Shown here: positions 61,840 to 64,000 of the stretch, piece after piece
How the letters are laid out: every line of letters begins with the position of its first letter
Position numbering within the stretch: position 1 is the stretch's first letter
Assembly (NCBI GenBank): GCA_964552475.1
Contig: CAZKFZ010000002.1
Location: 5,316-69,315 of the forward strand
DNA length: 64,000 bases
Reading direction: 5' to 3'
Source: an uncultured Candidatus Saccharibacteria bacterium
GTDB taxonomy: Bacteria > Patescibacteriota > Saccharimonadia > CAILAD01 > BJGX01
Translations under genes and position numbers: made by a program
The notes under the pieces: model-generated
What the model was told of the DNA's origin: nothing
Databases searched by the model: none
Seen by the model: the letters and a program-made list of their open reading frames with translations, nothing else

Positions 61840-61883
61840 GCCTGAATGGTAAAGGCCCCGCCTCTCATAAGAGAGGCGGGGCC
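61840..61883 (-). terminator. perfect 13-bp GC hairpin, terminator of the 61926..62276 gene
   Basis: ggccccgcctctc-ataa-gagaggcggggcc. On the minus strand it is followed by a T-rich tract. Confidence 0.6.
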
Positions 61884-61925
61884 TGGTGCTACCTTGGTGA
61901 GGTAGTCTTTAATCCTTGCGAGGGA

Positions 61926-62276
61926 TTAGTTGGAGGAGGCTAGTGAGCCTCGCACGTACTTACGGCCACGCCAGCCGAGTGCCTTGCGAGCCAGCTGGAT
62001 GGCAGCGAACGCTTCGGCGTTGGTGTTGGCAACGATGCTGAAGCGATCCTGACCACCGTCACCGGGCTGCTTCCAGCCGGCCTCTGGAGTGAGGTGCTTG
62101 GCCATCTTGGCGGCAGCCTTAGGCGAGCTAGGCTCTACCCGCACCCGCATTCGCTCGATGCCGAGCTCACGGAACCCCACCCGGCCACGTCGACTGGTGT
62201 GGGTCACCTGGTACTCACCGGTACCCTCGGTACCCGCCATGTAGAGCGAGTTGGCCTGCTTGGTACTTGCGGTCAT
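61926..62276 (-). CDS. hypothetical protein (116 aa), GC-rich
   Basis: ORF in the high-GC segment. 4-nt overlap with the upstream phosphatase gene. No motif recognised. Confidence 0.55.
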   Translation of the reverse strand: MTASTKQANSLYMAGTEGTGEYQVTHTSRRGRVGFRELGIERMRVRVEPSSPKAAAKMAKHLTPEAGWKQPGDGGQDRFSIVANTNAEAFAAIQLARKALGWRGRKYVRGSLASSN

Positions 62277-62830
62277 TTTTGACCCTTTCTGTTGTTGGGA
62301 GTTGGCCGCGGGGTGAATTCCTCGCGGTATTTCTGGGGTACTTCTTGGCTGCGCAGAGCAAAGATGCCCTCAACCTGCGCGATTGTCTCAACGGCGTGGC
62401 CACAGTGACGAAGACGTACCGCCAAGACAGGATCTGGTGTATCCTCTTCGCTCTCAAGAAGAGCAATGAGAGATGCCAGAAATGTACCTGTACGACCATG
62501 TGAGGCCGAACAATAAGCCAGCATGGTGTCGCCAGCCACAAGGCGTGGCACCACCAATCTCTCTAGCTTGTATCGCCAATCGCTTGGCACACCACCGAAG
62601 TCAGGCAACTCGAGCTCGGTGAGCTCATCCTGATCATCGTAAAGGTGCTTCTCGTCAATTAGCCTGCCATTGAGAGTGACTATCACGTCAAACTCGTCGA
62701 GGTTGGCCGGAAGGGCATACATTGTCCCCCAAGCTCCTACCTCAAACTCGCCAACTCTTACTAGTCCACCTCTATGTTCTTGGTGTACGCGAGCCACTTC
62801 TGGGCCCGCGCTTGAATGAGCTTCGCTCAT
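62273..62830 (-). CDS. dual-specificity / PTEN-like protein phosphatase (CX5R)
   Basis: P-loop YCSASHGRTG (compare PTEN HCKAGKGRTG). Candidate general-acid Asp in PDFGGVPSD about 30 residues upstream. 185 aa. Confidence 0.75.
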   Translation of the reverse strand: MSEAHSSAGPEVARVHQEHRGGLVRVGEFEVGAWGTMYALPANLDEFDVIVTLNGRLIDEKHLYDDQDELTELELPDFGGVPSDWRYKLERLVVPRLVAGDTMLAYCSASHGRTGTFLASLIALLESEEDTPDPVLAVRLRHCGHAVETIAQVEGIFALRSQEVPQKYREEFTPRPTPNNRKGQK

Positions 62831-62867
62831 TTAGGCTCCTTACCTAAGTCGCGGCAAAAGCAGGGGC

Positions 62868-63974
62868 TCACCAGAGCCCCTGCTTTACACCTTTGTCGAA
62901 TAGGGCCTGTACCCGAGGGTCAAAGCCATAATCTTTCAGTCCATTATGCAGACTGGTTACTCCGGTAACGTTTTTCTTGATCTCGAGCTGTTGGTCGATT
63001 CCTCGACCACCATAGCCCCTAGACGTTTCATGAACAATGCGGTGCTTGTTGAACAGCACCCCACCGTTATGACGAAGATCCCACACGTGATCAACAAACG
63101 CAACCAGTGGCAACTCTTTGCTTAGGTACCGTGCCAATGTTCTGGCAATATCGGCCCAAAGCTTACCACCCATTGACCCCCACCACTTGCCAAACTCAAA
63201 CACATCGCCGATAAGCGACGCGTACTGAGCTTGTTCAAGGAGGGAGTGGCCTTTAAGGCCGGTACTCCTATTCCACATCTCATCGCGTTGATTCGACATA
63301 GTGAAATTAAAGGAGGTACGTAGCTTCTGCATGGCTGCATCGGCTTTGGGCGTTTTGTACGGATTGTCGTAATACCGCACCTCGCCAGTAATAGCGATTG
63401 CCAGGTAAGTAGCTAATAGCTCGGCCACGTTTGCCTGAACGTCTCGCTGCAACTTAAACGCTTCTGCCTCAAGCGAGCTACCTTTAGCCGCGCGGGCCAT
63501 GGCATCGCTTAGGTAGAAGTCATTAAGAAGTTGGTTGGCGGTATGCGATTCACTCATCCGCTCAAATGCCAGATGTGGTTCTGGTGTGGCAAACAGAGAA
63601 TGCCAGCGCAAGAAGATATTGGCCTCCTTGGTGAGATCCACCGACGTAGTCGGCAACTCGCCTCGGTAAACCAATCCGCTAGTGCCGTTGACCGACACCA
63701 CCTCTCCAGGCTCTAGGCTACTCAGATCGAACTGAGCACCCACTACAGCCGGCAGACCTATTCCACGGGCCACTACAGCAGCATGACAAGTAGCTCCACC
63801 AACACTGGTTACGACGGCCGAAGCCGCCAATAGTCCTGGTAGATCATCGGGGTTGGTATCTGGACGAACCAGAATTGCCTTGGTACCCGATGCAGCAATC
63901 GCTTGTGCCCCGTTAGAGGTATGAGCAACCACTCCTGTCACGCAACCAGGTGAAGCTGGCAAACCCTCAGCCAA
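62868..63974 (-). CDS. PEP-utilising-enzyme mobile (phosphohistidine swivel) domain protein with unrecognised C-terminal domain; 5' end probably beyond the window
   Basis: VGGATCHAAVVARGIGLPAVVG is the conserved phospho-His swivel motif. The following roughly 250 aa match no domain I recognise. The reading frame stays open to the window edge. Confidence 0.7.
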   Translation of the reverse strand: MAEGLPASPGCVTGVVAHTSNGAQAIAASGTKAILVRPDTNPDDLPGLLAASAVVTSVGGATCHAAVVARGIGLPAVVGAQFDLSSLEPGEVVSVNGTSGLVYRGELPTTSVDLTKEANIFLRWHSLFATPEPHLAFERMSESHTANQLLNDFYLSDAMARAAKGSSLEAEAFKLQRDVQANVAELLATYLAIAITGEVRYYDNPYKTPKADAAMQKLRTSFNFTMSNQRDEMWNRSTGLKGHSLLEQAQYASLIGDVFEFGKWWGSMGGKLWADIARTLARYLSKELPLVAFVDHVWDLRHNGGVLFNKHRIVHETSRGYGGRGIDQQLEIKKNVTGVTSLHNGLKDYGFDPRVQALFDKGVKQGLW

Positions 63975-64000
63975 CAGTCGCCCCTCGGCCTTGGCTTGCG

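Noticed and set aside
61200-61853. tmRNA, RNase P RNA or SRP RNA in the ORF-free stretch
   Set aside because: I found partial resemblances only: aatccgagctca vs the RNase P P4 AGUCCGGGCUCCA; ggttcgacc on the minus strand vs the tmRNA GGAUUCGAC; a tctccacca 3'-end-like motif. The expected partner elements are missing or in the wrong order (no GGGG acceptor 5' of the ttcgac; the P4-like motif sits at the wrong end). I could not confirm any known RNA family by eye, so it is reported only as an unexplained ORF-free structured region.

Overview
This is a 64-kb window from a compact, low-GC bacterial chromosome. GC is roughly 35-42% over most of the window (judged by eye, not computed). Coding is almost entirely on the minus strand from 960 to about 57,100, then switches to the plus strand. 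The gene content fits a Patescibacteria/CPR genome (Saccharibacteria-like). Supporting features are gatCAB, a split transketolase (N- and C-terminal halves as separate genes), a short UvrC, VKOR plus DsbA instead of DsbB, many small membrane proteins and almost no recognisable regulators. Taxonomy cannot be proven from sequence alone.

Recognisable genes:
- dnaE, gatC-gatA-(inserted ORF)-gatB, ligA, htpX, lemA, folD.
- Seven tRNAs: Leu-TAA, Cys-GCA, a Phe-Gly-Val cluster, Leu-GAG and Leu-CAG.
- A peptide-type ABC substrate-binding protein, secG, and uvrC-uvrA plus uvrB.
- Glutaredoxin-like protein and trxB, a PfkB kinase, and a gap-rpiB-rpe-tktN-tktC block.
- A Trx-like-VKOR-DsbA thiol-redox block.
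- rpmG (L33, below the ORF-track cutoff and so missed by it).
- xth, an MGMT-like protein, two P-type ATPases, a histidine phosphatase and an MsbA-like ABC exporter.
- A SpoT-type HD hydrolase, tandem HdeD/DUF308 paralogues and an AI-2E-family transporter.

No CRISPR array, transposase or integrase was seen.

Main observations:
1. Two unknown cytoplasmic proteins are translationally coupled downstream of uvrB, inside the uvrB/uvrA/uvrC neighbourhood.
2. There are two compositionally foreign GC-rich islands (about 54.4-56.4 kb and 61.2 kb to the window end). The second encodes a PTEN-like CX5R phosphatase and a PEP-utiliser phosphohistidine swivel-domain protein with an unrecognised C-terminal domain.
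3. A roughly 650-nt ORF-free stretch is bracketed by two perfect 13-bp GC hairpins.
4. A 39-nt hairpin/terminator element is duplicated on either side of one gene.
5. A membrane-anchored protein with an Rx4H motif is inserted inside the gatCAB operon.
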